From the NCBI GenBank assembly GCA_041659405.1, contig JBAZYK010000004.1, forward strand, positions 90,001 through 122,000: a stretch of DNA of 32,000 bases, given 5' to 3'. The notes below the pieces were generated by a model. The model ran no database searches. It was not told the DNA's origin and saw only the letters and a list, made by a program, of their open reading frames with translations. Numbering within the stretch: position 1 is the stretch's first letter; the number at the start of each line of letters is the position of its first letter. Positions 1-10,180 of this stretch are shown one piece after another. The position numbers and the translations under genes were made by a program. This stretch comes from Candidatus Altimarinota bacterium. Its GTDB lineage: Bacteria > Patescibacteriota > Gracilibacteria > UBA1369.

Positions 1-28
1 CACCACGACGTACAACTTAAATTTCCCC

Positions 29-1189
29 ATGCTCAAAACTCAACAGCAACTTTTGGAGGACGAAGCTAAAATATTGGCTTCTTATGCCATGAAAAATGCG
101 GAAAGTGCCGGACGAGTTTATAAAGAGCCGGAAGATCCTTACAGATTACCTTTTCAACGTGATCGCGCCAGAATTATTCATTCCAAGTCTTTTAGAAGGC
201 TGCAAGCCAAAACTCAGGTTTTTGTTTCTTATTTTGGCGATCATTATCGTGATCGCATGACACATTCAATTGAAGTCTCGCAAATTGCGCGCGACATTAG
301 CCGAACTTTGGGTTTAAACGAGGATTTAAGCGAATGTTTGGCACTTGCCCATGATTTGGGTCACCCACCGTTTGGACATGGTGGAGAGGCCGCTTTGGAT
401 GAAGTTTTGCAACCTTTTGGATTACATTTTGAGCACAATGAACAAAGTCGTCGCATCATTGAGAAACTTGAAAAAATTCATCCGGAATATGATGGACTTA
501 ATGTCACTAAAGAGGTTTTGGATGGCTTACTTAAGCACCATCCGGAGCTATATAAAAAATATCTGGAGTTTGAAACTTCGCCACATTTGGAAGCCCAGGT
601 TGTGGATCTTTCGGATGAAATTGCCTATACCAATCACGATATTGATGACGGTCTGCGCTCCGGATTGATTACGATTGAGCAATTACAGCAATTTACACTT
701 TGGCAAAATGCGGAAAAAATGGTTAGTAACGAAATCGGAACAGGCATTTCATTAGAAGATAATGACAAAAAAGACCGATTTTATTTGCGGGTAATCAGCA
801 CTTTAATTAAGTTGATGATTCATGATCTTTATTCTACGACCCATGAAAATCTTGAGCGGAATCAGATAAAAACGGTTCATGATGTTAGGGCGCATAAAGG
901 AATGCTGGTTGGATTTAGCACGGAAATGAAACAACAATTGGCTGATCTGCGCGCATTTTTGATGAAAAATTATTATTTGAATCCCAAGGTTTCTGATGTA
1001 ATTGATAAAGGTAAGCAAATTTTGAAGGATCTTTTCCGGCATTACCTTGACCATCCGGAAAAATTGCCTCATCCTTCAGACGAAAACGTAAAAGCTTCCG
1101 AAAGGCTGGAGGTTGTGATAAAAGATTACTTGGCAGGCATGACCGATCATTATGCCGAAGAGATGCATTCAAAAATTACCAATTCCTAA
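29..1189 (+). CDS. dgt: deoxyguanosinetriphosphate triphosphohydrolase-like protein (HD domain dGTPase)
   Basis: 386-aa ORF. It has PFQRDRARIIHSKSFRRLQAKTQVF, THSIEVSQIARDISR and LAHDLGHPPFGHGGE (HD motif), all typical of dGTPases. Confidence 0.93.
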   Translation: MLKTQQQLLEDEAKILASYAMKNAESAGRVYKEPEDPYRLPFQRDRARIIHSKSFRRLQAKTQVFVSYFGDHYRDRMTHSIEVSQIARDISRTLGLNEDLSECLALAHDLGHPPFGHGGEAALDEVLQPFGLHFEHNEQSRRIIEKLEKIHPEYDGLNVTKEVLDGLLKHHPELYKKYLEFETSPHLEAQVVDLSDEIAYTNHDIDDGLRSGLITIEQLQQFTLWQNAEKMVSNEIGTGISLEDNDKKDRFYLRVISTLIKLMIHDLYSTTHENLERNQIKTVHDVRAHKGMLVGFSTEMKQQLADLRAFLMKNYYLNPKVSDVIDKGKQILKDLFRHYLDHPEKLPHPSDENVKASERLEVVIKDYLAGMTDHYAEEMHSKITNS

Positions 1190-1198
1190 TCAACAAAA

Positions 1199-1645
1199 AT
1201 GGTCTGTCCAAAGTGCAAACAGGATGACACCAGAGTGCTGGATTCACGCGACACGCACGAGAAAAAAGAGATTCGTCGTCGTCGTGAATGTATTAAATGT
1301 CAGCACCGTTTTACCACTTTTGAAAGAGTGGAAACGGCCAATTTTATTGTTATTAAAAGAGACAATTCCCGTGAAAGTTATGACCGTGAAAAGCTGGCGC
1401 GCGGCGTTTGGAAAGCCTGCGAGAAAAGGCCGGTTACCCAGGAACGTGTCGAAAAACTATTAAATGAAATCGAAGAAGAATTGGGGAATTTTGGTAAAGA
1501 AATTCCCAGTAAAATGTTGGGCGAAGCACTCATGGAAAAGCTTAAGAAACTGGACGAAGTGGCTTACATCCGCTTTGCATCCGTGTATCGCCAATTTAAA
1601 GATTTGGAGAGTTTCAAAAAGGAACTCCAAAAATTGATTGACTAG
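1199..1645 (+). CDS. nrdR: transcriptional repressor NrdR
   Basis: MVCPKCKQDDTRVLDSRDTHEKKEIRRRRECIKCQHRFTTFERVE (Zn ribbon) followed by an ATP-cone-like domain. It directly follows dgt. Confidence 0.96.
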   Translation: MVCPKCKQDDTRVLDSRDTHEKKEIRRRRECIKCQHRFTTFERVETANFIVIKRDNSRESYDREKLARGVWKACEKRPVTQERVEKLLNEIEEELGNFGKEIPSKMLGEALMEKLKKLDEVAYIRFASVYRQFKDLESFKKELQKLID

Positions 1646-1746
1646 AAAAACCGTCCCATCCGCATTTTTCAGCCATTTTTTTGTAATACAAAACTCGACG
1701 AAGAGTTGTATTTAGTGTAAGAAGAAACCTAATCATCACTTTATAT

Positions 1747-1774
1747 TTGACATATATTCTGTATGTGTTATAAT
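1747..1774 (+). promoter_or_regulatory. near-perfect sigma70-type promoter upstream of the L,D-transpeptidase gene
   Basis: TTGACA at 1747-1752, a 16-bp spacer, and TATAAT at 1769-1774, about 30 bp upstream of the GTG start at 1804. Confidence 0.75.
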
Positions 1775-1803
1775 TTGATGATTCATTTATTTACATAAAA
1801 ACC

Positions 1804-3024
1804 GTGAAAAATCTTGATAAAAAAATTCTACTCTTCATTGTCTTCGGTCTTGTTTTTGCAACACCGGGACTTATGGCAAAACTTGCCAACTGGCAGGATC
1901 TTCAAAACAAAACAAACGAATTAAAAGCAAGTCCGGTTGTTTTGCAGGCTAATGTAAATAATCCAGTCGTGACTATAGTAAGCCAACAGCCGGTAACTCA
2001 GCCCACTCAAACTCAAACACAGGCACAAACTCAAGCATTACACGATGCTGCCGCCAGTACGCCGGACGGTGCAATTCAAACTAATTCACCAACATTACCC
2101 GCTACAACTCCACCAACAATTGACTGTAATTTTACCAAACCAACTAAGTCCGTTTATTCCGCAAAATTGGTCAGTATTCAAAAAAAGCCCGTGGTTGGCC
2201 CCGGTGAAGCTTTTCAAACTGAAATTTACATGGAAAATACCGGAAATGCTCCCTGGTTTTCCGAAAACAGCGGCTGCGAAAATGTTAATGTAACCTATTT
2301 GGGCACAACTCACGAAAAAGATCGCACAAGCCCATTTTCGGCTGATGGAAGCCTTTGGGATAGTCATTGGGTATCCGGCAATCGCATCAAAATGGATGCC
2401 AGCCGTATAGATCCAAAAGGAATGGCCAAATTTACTTTTTGGTCCAGAGCCCCACAGGAAATGGGTTACTATCGCGAATTTTTTGCACCGGTAATTGAAG
2501 GCGTAAGCTGGATAAATAACGAAGAGGCGACCGTAGCAATGGATATTCGCGTTGGCGAATTTGAATTAACTCCGGAACAAACACAATATTTGCCATACAT
2601 TGAATTAAGCACAAATCTTTCCAAATTGGATTTCAGTGGCGAGAAAAAAATAGAAGTTAGTCTAAAGCAACAAAAAATGTGGTTAAAAATTGGGGATATA
2701 ACAATCAGCTCTTTTGTGGTCAGCACGGGGGCATACAAAACACCAACCCCAAAAGGAACCACCAAAATCATTCTAAAGCAGAATGTGCGCGTGGCCGGAT
2801 CAAGGCCACACTACATTATGCCTTTATTTATGATGTTCAGAAGTGGCGGATTTGGTTTCCATGCTCTGCCAAGCTTAGCCAACGACAAGGGAGTTTTTTG
2901 GAGAGAGGCGTTAGACCACATCGGCACACCACGAAGCCACGGCTGCATCCGCTTATTACCGGAAGACGCCAAAGTGGTTTTCAACTTTGCCGACATTGGA
3001 ACCAAGGTAGAGGTTAGGGCTTAG
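1804..3024 (+). CDS. secreted/membrane-anchored L,D-transpeptidase (YkuD family) with a Thr/Gln-rich linker and an N-terminal beta-sandwich-like region
   Basis: N-terminal hydrophobic segment LLFIVFGLVFATPGLMA. Low-complexity TQPTQTQTQAQTQ. C-terminal catalytic motif HIGTPRSHGCIRL. GTG start. Confidence 0.88.
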   Translation: MKNLDKKILLFIVFGLVFATPGLMAKLANWQDLQNKTNELKASPVVLQANVNNPVVTIVSQQPVTQPTQTQTQAQTQALHDAAASTPDGAIQTNSPTLPATTPPTIDCNFTKPTKSVYSAKLVSIQKKPVVGPGEAFQTEIYMENTGNAPWFSENSGCENVNVTYLGTTHEKDRTSPFSADGSLWDSHWVSGNRIKMDASRIDPKGMAKFTFWSRAPQEMGYYREFFAPVIEGVSWINNEEATVAMDIRVGEFELTPEQTQYLPYIELSTNLSKLDFSGEKKIEVSLKQQKMWLKIGDITISSFVVSTGAYKTPTPKGTTKIILKQNVRVAGSRPHYIMPLFMMFRSGGFGFHALPSLANDKGVFWREALDHIGTPRSHGCIRLLPEDAKVVFNFADIGTKVEVRA

Positions 3025-3036
3025 CACGGCTTTTTT

Positions 3037-3285
3037 CTAATGACTTTTTCTCTTTCCCTTTTTTGCAGCTAAACTCTCTCGTTCCCTAATAGTATGTTCT
3101 GGTGTAGTGAGACCTACCTGCTTTTTTATTCCAAAAACAATCTCATCAAAATCCTCACCGGTTAAATCAAATGCATCATCCCCGACAGCTACTGCGCATG
3201 CTGCAGTAGTATCATGGTCGGATTTTTCATCTTCTACTAATTCTATTACAAATGGTTGCGCTTCAGAAGTCGTTTGGTGACCCAT
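3037..3285 (-). CDS. hypothetical small acidic protein
   Basis: 82-aa ORF between annotated genes, ending convergently 12 nt from the L,D-transpeptidase stop. No recognised family. Confidence 0.5.
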   Translation of the reverse strand: MGHQTTSEAQPFVIELVEDEKSDHDTTAACAVAVGDDAFDLTGEDFDEIVFGIKKQVGLTTPEHTIRERESLAAKKGKRKSH

Positions 3286-3313
3286 ATAGAAAAATTAAAA
3301 TCAAGATAATATC

Positions 3314-4135
3314 TTACGACAACTCTGCGTAACGTGTCAAGTTGTTTCTTAAAACAAGCTTTTGTCTATGAAAATAGACCAATTGACCTTTAGTAGTTTT
3401 CTTGTCATTACTCCCATCGAGGATGATAGCAGTAATGGCTCTTAGCCTAGAGTCATTCATTGAATGATCATATCCGGAACCCCAGATATCATTAACCAAA
3501 ATTTTAACTATTTCCATGTAAAGAGGAAGCTTGCCGGTTTCCCCATTCACAAAAGCTTCAGTATCTCTTAAAGCTAAAAGTTTATCCGCTGCACCATCAA
3601 AATCCAAAGCAGCTGGGATAGCTTTAAGGCCTGGATTAATCATTAAGAAAAAATGAAATATTGCCTTTTGACCATTTAGTTTTGCAAATTCTTTTTTTTC
3701 TTCGAGGAGTACATTGTATGGTCTTCCAATTTGTCCTCCTGCCACAAGTGGAGGTGTGTCGGCCTTTGTTCTATAATTTGCAGTAGGGAAGGTATCGCTT
3801 ACTAATTTTTCTCTTTTGGGTGATGTTTTTTTTGCAGGGGCTCCTTTTCTTTTACCTCGTTTAAAATCAACAACAACAAGATTACTTAAAGCTTTACCCG
3901 CTTTTTTGCGAGTATCACCCGTGATCTCTTGCCTTTCATCAGCTAAAACACCATCAACGTCCTCAGAAGCACTACGATCTTCTTCAGGTCGTGAATCTGA
4001 GCCTTTTTCTTGTTTAAGCCATGTGCTAATATCAATCACACCTTTAGGTAAAGGTAAATCTCGCACACCACCATTGCCTTCATTGTTGTCTACGCCTTCC
4101 ACCATAAGAAAGAATATTAGGATTAGACAGTACAA
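3314..4135 (-). CDS. hypothetical protein (the internal MVEG... start is also possible)
   Basis: 273-aa ORF filling the gap between genes on the minus strand. It has a basic/charged N-terminal region (FKRGKRKGAPAKKTSPKREK). No recognised family. Confidence 0.6.
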   Translation of the reverse strand: MYCLILIFFLMVEGVDNNEGNGGVRDLPLPKGVIDISTWLKQEKGSDSRPEEDRSASEDVDGVLADERQEITGDTRKKAGKALSNLVVVDFKRGKRKGAPAKKTSPKREKLVSDTFPTANYRTKADTPPLVAGGQIGRPYNVLLEEKKEFAKLNGQKAIFHFFLMINPGLKAIPAALDFDGAADKLLALRDTEAFVNGETGKLPLYMEIVKILVNDIWGSGYDHSMNDSRLRAITAIILDGSNDKKTTKGQLVYFHRQKLVLRNNLTRYAELS

Positions 4136-4168
4136 TACGTCATTTTAGTTAATTTTGTCAAGTCTTTC

Positions 4169-6505
4169 ATGTCAGACCTCTTATCCAATCTCAATCCAAA
4201 GCAGCAGGAAGCCGTAAAAGCCACTCACGGACCTGTTTTGGTAATCGCCGGTGCGGGCTCTGGCAAGACCAAGGCACTTACCAATCGCATCGCTTACATG
4301 ATTGAAGAGGAGCATGTGAGCCCCTGGAATATTTTGGCTGTGACTTTCACGAATAAAGCCGCGAATGAAATGAAAGAGCGCATCGTGAAGCTTTTAAAAA
4401 AAGACGCTCCGCTTGCGTTTAGTGAATATAGTTCTCAGGGTTCTGGCAGCCGGGATTTGCCTTCTGTCGGCACTTTTCACTCCACTTGCGTGCGCATTTT
4501 GCGTCAAAATATCCACCTTTTGAATTACGAAAATCAGTTCGTTATTTACGACACTGCCGATCAACAAATTCTGGTTAAGCAGATCATGAAAGATTTGCAG
4601 ATTGATGAAAAACAGACCAATCCGCGCGCAGTTTTAAACTTTATTTCCAGCGCCAAAAATCAGCTGATTGGGCCCACACAGTACCATCAATTTGCCAATA
4701 ATTACTTCACCGAAAGAGTGGCGGAAGTGTATGAAAAATATCAGAAAGCACTCCATAAAAATAACGCGCTGGATTTTGATGACATCATCATGAAAACGGT
4801 TCAGCTTTTTCAGTCTGAGCCAAAAGTTCTTGATCATTATCAGGAAAAATTCCGGTTTATTTCCGTTGATGAGTATCAGGATACCAACGAGGCGCAATAT
4901 ATTTTAACCAATATGTTGGCCAAAAAATATCGCAATTTGTGTGTAATCGGTGATTCCGACCAGAGCATTTATAGCTTTAGAGGAGCCAATATCGGCAACA
5001 TTCTCAATTTTGAAAAAGATTATCCGGATGCCAAGGTGGTTAAGCTTGAGCAGAATTATCGCTCCACTCAGACGATTTTGGATGCAGCTCATGGAATTAT
5101 TGTTAAAAATGCCAAGCGCAAAGACAAAAAACTTTGGACGCAGCGTGAAGGTGGCGAAAAAATTAAACTTGTTTCGGTTGATAACGAACGCCAGGAAGGT
5201 GAATTTGTAGCCAGGGAAATTATGGATCGTCTGCGCGCTTATGAAACGCCGGACTATCGCGATTTTGTGATTTTATACAGAACCAATGCCCAGTCACGCG
5301 TGTTGGAAGAAGTTTTTTTGCGTTATGCGATTCCCTACAAAATTGTGGGTGGTATAAAATTTTACGAACGCAAAGAGGTGAAGGATATTATCGCTTATTT
5401 AAGGGTTATTCAGAACCCCAGCGATTCGGTAAGTATGATGAGAATTATCAATACACCAACCAGGAAAATTGGCACCAAATCGATTGAGCAACTAAGACAT
5501 TACGCGCAGATTCACAATTTAACTTTGTTTGAGGCCATGGAACAGGTGGGAAACAACAGGCAGGAAGTAGAAAACGGGATGTTGGATTCGGGAGATTTTG
5601 ATTTGCAGGATTCCAAAATCGAATCTATTCAAAGATTTGCAAAAGTCATTCGCGATTTGCAACAGATCAATAGGGAGTTTTCGGCTTCGGGAGTCATTAA
5701 ACACGTCCTTGAATACACAGGTTATAAGCAGATGATTGACGATAACACGGCAGATGGCGACGCCCGCGTTGAGAATATTTATGAATTGGTTGGTGTGTCC
5801 AGCAAGTACGATAAACTTGAGCCGGGCACTTCACTCAGTATTTTTTTGGAAGAGGTCGCTTTGATTGCCGATGTGGACAGCATGAGCACTCAGGATAATG
5901 CTGTAACTTTTATGACGATTCATTCCGCCAAAGGTTTGGAATTTCCAAATGTGTTTTTAGTTGGGCTTGAGGAAGGCATTTTCCCGCATTCCCGCAGTTT
6001 GTTGGAGCGTGACGAGTTGGAAGAAGAACGTCGTTTAATGTACGTGGCGATCACCCGCGCTAAAGATAAACTCTATTTGCTGAATGCCAAAAACCGCATG
6101 CTTTACGGAGAATCTCATGCCAATGCCGCTTCACAATTTTTGGCCGATATTCCGGCGGAATTATTTGAAGACGTGCAACCACAACGCCGGATTTTGCGTC
6201 GTGAAGAAATTAGTGGCACACCAATTCCAATGGAAGGAGTCGTGGAGGGGATCGCAGAAGGAAACTTGGCAAATGCCGGCGGATTTTCAAATGCAAGCGA
6301 CGGCCCACGTTTTGTGCCGGACGAAGACTTTGCGGACAGCTCCAATCCGGAAAGTTATTCCGATGGCGATAAGGTTTATCACAATTCTTTTGGTGAAGGC
6401 GTGGTTGTAACCGTAACCGGAGGAGTGGCTACAGTCCGCTTTAAAAACGCCAGATACGGCATCAAAAAACTGGCACTTTCAATCGCGCCACTAAGGAAAA
6501 TGTAG
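4169..6505 (+). CDS. pcrA: UvrD/PcrA-type superfamily 1 ATP-dependent DNA helicase
   Basis: LNPKQQEAVKATHGPVLVIAGAGSGKTKALTNRIAY (Walker A), VDEYQDTNEAQY, TFMTIHSAKGLEFPNVFLVGLEEGIFPH and EERRLMYVAITRAKDKLYL. Confidence 0.97.
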   Translation: MSDLLSNLNPKQQEAVKATHGPVLVIAGAGSGKTKALTNRIAYMIEEEHVSPWNILAVTFTNKAANEMKERIVKLLKKDAPLAFSEYSSQGSGSRDLPSVGTFHSTCVRILRQNIHLLNYENQFVIYDTADQQILVKQIMKDLQIDEKQTNPRAVLNFISSAKNQLIGPTQYHQFANNYFTERVAEVYEKYQKALHKNNALDFDDIIMKTVQLFQSEPKVLDHYQEKFRFISVDEYQDTNEAQYILTNMLAKKYRNLCVIGDSDQSIYSFRGANIGNILNFEKDYPDAKVVKLEQNYRSTQTILDAAHGIIVKNAKRKDKKLWTQREGGEKIKLVSVDNERQEGEFVAREIMDRLRAYETPDYRDFVILYRTNAQSRVLEEVFLRYAIPYKIVGGIKFYERKEVKDIIAYLRVIQNPSDSVSMMRIINTPTRKIGTKSIEQLRHYAQIHNLTLFEAMEQVGNNRQEVENGMLDSGDFDLQDSKIESIQRFAKVIRDLQQINREFSASGVIKHVLEYTGYKQMIDDNTADGDARVENIYELVGVSSKYDKLEPGTSLSIFLEEVALIADVDSMSTQDNAVTFMTIHSAKGLEFPNVFLVGLEEGIFPHSRSLLERDELEEERRLMYVAITRAKDKLYLLNAKNRMLYGESHANAASQFLADIPAELFEDVQPQRRILRREEISGTPIPMEGVVEGIAEGNLANAGGFSNASDGPRFVPDEDFADSSNPESYSDGDKVYHNSFGEGVVVTVTGGVATVRFKNARYGIKKLALSIAPLRKM

Positions 6506-6537
6506 GTGTGCACGTGCACAGATTTCCATGTGAGCTT

Positions 6538-6789
6538 TTAAAGTTTATCCGCATTAATCGCCTTTTTTTCCACTTCGCTCAAAACAGTGGCAACTTTTCC
6601 TTCTTCTTTGATGCGATAAAAATTGCGAATGCTTTTTTCGCTTCCAAAAGCCACATTTTTAGTGTTACAAATGCTGCATTTATAAGCGAATTTTCTGCCT
6701 ACGGGCATAGTCTGAACAATTTTTTCACAGTCTTTACAGTAGCAAATAACTCCTTCGGGCAATTTATTGTCTAGTTTTGATATGAACAT
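6538..6789 (-). CDS. small zinc-ribbon protein
   Basis: 83-aa ORF with two CxxC pairs (CYCKDCEK, CSICNTKN). Confidence 0.65.
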   Translation of the reverse strand: MFISKLDNKLPEGVICYCKDCEKIVQTMPVGRKFAYKCSICNTKNVAFGSEKSIRNFYRIKEEGKVATVLSEVEKKAINADKL

Positions 6790-6832
6790 AAATTCAATTC
6801 TTCAATAAATAAAAAACTTTAAATGGTCAAAA

Positions 6833-7738
6833 CTAAAGGTCCATTCGGTAAGCTTGAGGTTGAGGTGCGTTTCCGGTATTAGTCCCGGCTGCAGCAACGG
6901 CGCTTCCAACAGTAGCTCGGGCCGCATTTTCGGCGGCACCAACAGTATTCTCGGCACTATCAGCGGCAATCGAGACGGTTTGTTTTTGCTCATCCGGTGT
7001 TTCACGAAGCGCAGGATTAGGCTTTGGAGTTGGATATGCTGTGCGCATTTCCGGATGCACAGTTCTGAATTCCGGACGATTTTGTTTAGTATCTTGATGA
7101 ATGCGGGTTTCCTGCTGAATACGTGCCTCTGTCTGAGTTGAAGAAATTTCAGGCTTAATAGAAGCCATTTCCGGTCGGACCGAATTTGTTTCCGGTCGAA
7201 CACTGCGCAGACTTTCTCGTGATTTTTGTTGCACAGCAGCCATTATTGGATCTCTTGTTTCTTCTTCAAAAGCTTTAATTGCGTGAGTCTTTTCACGGGT
7301 ATTCAGATAGCCTCCGATTGTCAGACTTGATGCGGCCAAAAAGGCGATAAACATGCCATATCCCGGGTTTTTATCGGTAAGATTTACACCAAAATTTTTG
7401 TCAAAATAAATCGAATTGGTTACAAACAAAAGATAAAAAGAAAAAATCCCAAAACTCAAATAAAGCTTTGGAGATTTTAAAGATTCAAAAGGAATTTTAA
7501 CTCTCAAATGATTGGCAATAATTAAAGCCAGGGTCATTCCGGCCATAGCCAAAAAAGTGAGCCCAATCAAATACAGCGGGCCATTGATCCCAATAAAAGT
7601 TTGTCCATAATGGAATGTATCCAAATCGCTATACCAAGGCAAAAACAGACTCAAAATCATCAACAGGGAGCCGGCCCCAATCAGTTTTTTTTCAAAAGAA
7701 AGTTCTGAAACTATCTGATTAATGCGTTTATTTGGCAT
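6833..7738 (-). CDS. multi-pass membrane protein with a long repetitive Glu/Arg/Pro/Thr-rich C-terminal tail
   Basis: 301-aa ORF. There are four predicted hydrophobic segments in the first ~150 aa, then degenerate RPE-type repeats (SVRPETNSVRPEMASIKPE...). Confidence 0.7.
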   Translation of the reverse strand: MPNKRINQIVSELSFEKKLIGAGSLLMILSLFLPWYSDLDTFHYGQTFIGINGPLYLIGLTFLAMAGMTLALIIANHLRVKIPFESLKSPKLYLSFGIFSFYLLFVTNSIYFDKNFGVNLTDKNPGYGMFIAFLAASSLTIGGYLNTREKTHAIKAFEEETRDPIMAAVQQKSRESLRSVRPETNSVRPEMASIKPEISSTQTEARIQQETRIHQDTKQNRPEFRTVHPEMRTAYPTPKPNPALRETPDEQKQTVSIAADSAENTVGAAENAARATVGSAVAAAGTNTGNAPQPQAYRMDL

Positions 7739-7885
7739 AAAAATTTTTATTTATAGATTTGACGTGTGTGTTTGAACTATAAAAAGAAAAGTGCTATTTG
7801 TAAAGCAAAACCCCAATATTTTTGAGTACCCAAGTCGCACAAAAGCGAGTAGAATAGTGCAGAATTTTAGACTTTATTTTCTGCA

Positions 7886-9088
7886 ATGAAAGAAGCTTCC
7901 ATCACGCACAAAGTGCCTATTTCTACCGCGAGCGGAGCGAGTTCCATCATCGCACAGGCGACTCAGGCACACGCCCCACTTCGCATTGCCATAGACATCC
8001 GCGAGGCCGGCCACGAAAAAACCGGTAAAGGCTGGTATACATATAATTTGGTTCAGGCACTGCTGGAAATTGATTCGCATAATGAATACATCCTTTATAC
8101 CGATCAGGAAAAAAATTCTTACAAGGAATTTAAAAATGCTCACATTAAAACCGTAAAAGGGAAGTCGGTAATTTGGCATTTGAATGTTTTGAAAGACCTT
8201 AAAAAGAGTCCGCCGGTCGACATTTTCTTTGCGCCGACCAGTTATATTATTCCCTGTTTTGCTCCAAAAAATTTGCGAGTGATTATTACCGTTCACGATT
8301 TGGTCGCATTTTTATTTCCAGGATCACATAATTCCAAAGCTGTTTTAATTGAACGCGTAACGTTGAGAAAAGCGCTCAAGAAAGCCGCAAACGTCCTTGT
8401 GGTTTCCGCGAATACCGAGAAGGATTTGCTGGATCGTTTCCATTATCCCAAAGAAAAAATCCACGAAGTTCCCTGCGCAACAACCGAATTTTATAAAGAA
8501 GAAATCGGCGAGCGCGAGTTAACCGCATTCAAGAAAAAGCACCATCTTCCCGATAAATTTATTTTAGCGGTTGGAACTCTTGAACCCCGCAAAAACTTTT
8601 CCACACTGATTAAAAGTTTTGTGATTGTTAAGCGAAAATATCCCGATTGCAAACTTGTAATTGTTGGCAAAAAAGGCTGGAAATATAAACTGATTGAAGA
8701 GGCTTTAAAAAAATATCAGTTGGAAAGTGATGTGATTTTTCCGGGATATTTGGTGGATGAAGATCTCCGCAAAATGTATCACCTGGCGAGCGTTTTTGTA
8801 TTTCCATCTTTGTATGAAGGATTCGGGATTCCGCCTCTGGAAGCCATGGCTTGCGGGTGCCCCGTGGTAAGTTCCAACGTTGCGTCTTTGCCGGAAGTTA
8901 TTGGAGACTCGGGACTTTTGATCGATCCAAAAAACGCCCACAAATGGGCCGACGCGGTTTGCAGTTTGCTCGACAACGAACAAACCAGAAATATGCTGAT
9001 CGAAAGAGGTCATCGCCGCGCCGAAAAATTCAGCTGGGCCAACTCCGCAAAAATCGCCCTGGAAGTTTTTGAAAGTTATGCAAGATAG
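7886..9088 (+). CDS. glycosyltransferase family 4 (group 1)
   Basis: [66 protein letters not shown] and [30 protein letters not shown]. Confidence 0.92.
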   Translation: MKEASITHKVPISTASGASSIIAQATQAHAPLRIAIDIREAGHEKTGKGWYTYNLVQALLEIDSHNEYILYTDQEKNSYKEFKNAHIKTVKGKSVIWHLNVLKDLKKSPPVDIFFAPTSYIIPCFAPKNLRVIITVHDLVAFLFPGSHNSKAVLIERVTLRKALKKAANVLVVSANTEKDLLDRFHYPKEKIHEVPCATTEFYKEEIGERELTAFKKKHHLPDKFILAVGTLEPRKNFSTLIKSFVIVKRKYPDCKLVIVGKKGWKYKLIEEALKKYQLESDVIFPGYLVDEDLRKMYHLASVFVFPSLYEGFGIPPLEAMACGCPVVSSNVASLPEVIGDSGLLIDPKNAHKWADAVCSLLDNEQTRNMLIERGHRRAEKFSWANSAKIALEVFESYAR

Positions 9089-9157
9089 AGATAAGCCTAT
9101 CTTTGCGCAACCAACCGTGCAGGCATATAATTTGAGCGCTTCATTAAGCAAGTTTTT

Positions 9158-10066
9158 ATGGCTAATCAAACATCTTCACAGGCCCACTCCCTCCAGAAAA
9201 TCGGCATTATCACCAAAAGTAATATTGGTGAGCGCAAAAGCGATCTAAAAAAAATTGTCGCGATGCTGAAGAAATTTAAAAAAGAGGTTTTGCTGGATGT
9301 AAATTCCGCGCCGGTTTTAGGTGTAAAAAATGGCCACAGAAAGACCGAACTGCTTCAGGTTTGTGATCTTGTTTTGACCCTTGGCGGCGATGGAACTTTG
9401 CTCAGAGCTGCCCGATGTACAGCCAATAAACCGACCTTAATCCTTGGTGTGAATTTTGGAAATCTGGGATTTTTGACTGAATCAATACCTGAAAAACTTG
9501 AGCAGGATCTTAAAAAATTATTTGAAGGTCATTATTATATTGATGAACGTTTTCTTTTGCGCATCAATCATTATCGCAACGGTCAAAGAATTAATACCTT
9601 TTTAGCTCTAAATGATGCGGTAATTAACCAGGGAGCTTTTGCCAGACTGATTGAAATGCAGGTCGAAATTAACAAACAGCGCATGGTTACTTTTAAGGCC
9701 GATGGCTTGATCGTGAGCTCTCCGACCGGTTCAACGGGTCATGCCCTTTCTGCCGGAGGACCAATTGTTCATCCTTCTTTGCCCGCTTTTATTCTTACCC
9801 CAATCTGCCCCGCAACGCTTTCCGTACGCCCAATCGTCATTCCAAATGATCGCGAAATAAAAATAACTTTGACTACCCAAAGAAAAGAAAACCAAAATGT
9901 CGGTTTAACCTTGGACGGCCAAAAAACCATTCCGCTTCAATATGGAGACGAAATCAAAATCCGCCAATCCAAGCGCAAGTTTTTACTGATTCGCCTAAAA
10001 GGTGGCAGCAGCTATTACCGCATGCTCCGCAGCAAACTCCACTGGGGCGAGCATCATGGGGATTAA
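9158..10066 (+). CDS. nadK: NAD kinase
   Basis: VLTLGGDGTLLRAAR, ILGVNFGNLGFLTES and SSPTGSTGHALSAGGPIVHP are signature NAD kinase motifs. Confidence 0.94.
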   Translation: MANQTSSQAHSLQKIGIITKSNIGERKSDLKKIVAMLKKFKKEVLLDVNSAPVLGVKNGHRKTELLQVCDLVLTLGGDGTLLRAARCTANKPTLILGVNFGNLGFLTESIPEKLEQDLKKLFEGHYYIDERFLLRINHYRNGQRINTFLALNDAVINQGAFARLIEMQVEINKQRMVTFKADGLIVSSPTGSTGHALSAGGPIVHPSLPAFILTPICPATLSVRPIVIPNDREIKITLTTQRKENQNVGLTLDGQKTIPLQYGDEIKIRQSKRKFLLIRLKGGSSYYRMLRSKLHWGEHHGD

Positions 10067-10180
10067 AACAGCCAAATTCCGCTTATATAGCTCTCACACA
10101 GCCTGGCCATTGAAGAAATTGCCGTTTTTTGGTATAATAAAGAGAAATAAAAAATCAGCACTCTTTAAACCCAAAAAAAT

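Noticed and set aside
1685-1712. AATACAA...TTGTATT hairpin after nrdR as a terminator
   Set aside because: The stem is bulged and lacks a following T tract. It is too weak to list as a terminator feature.
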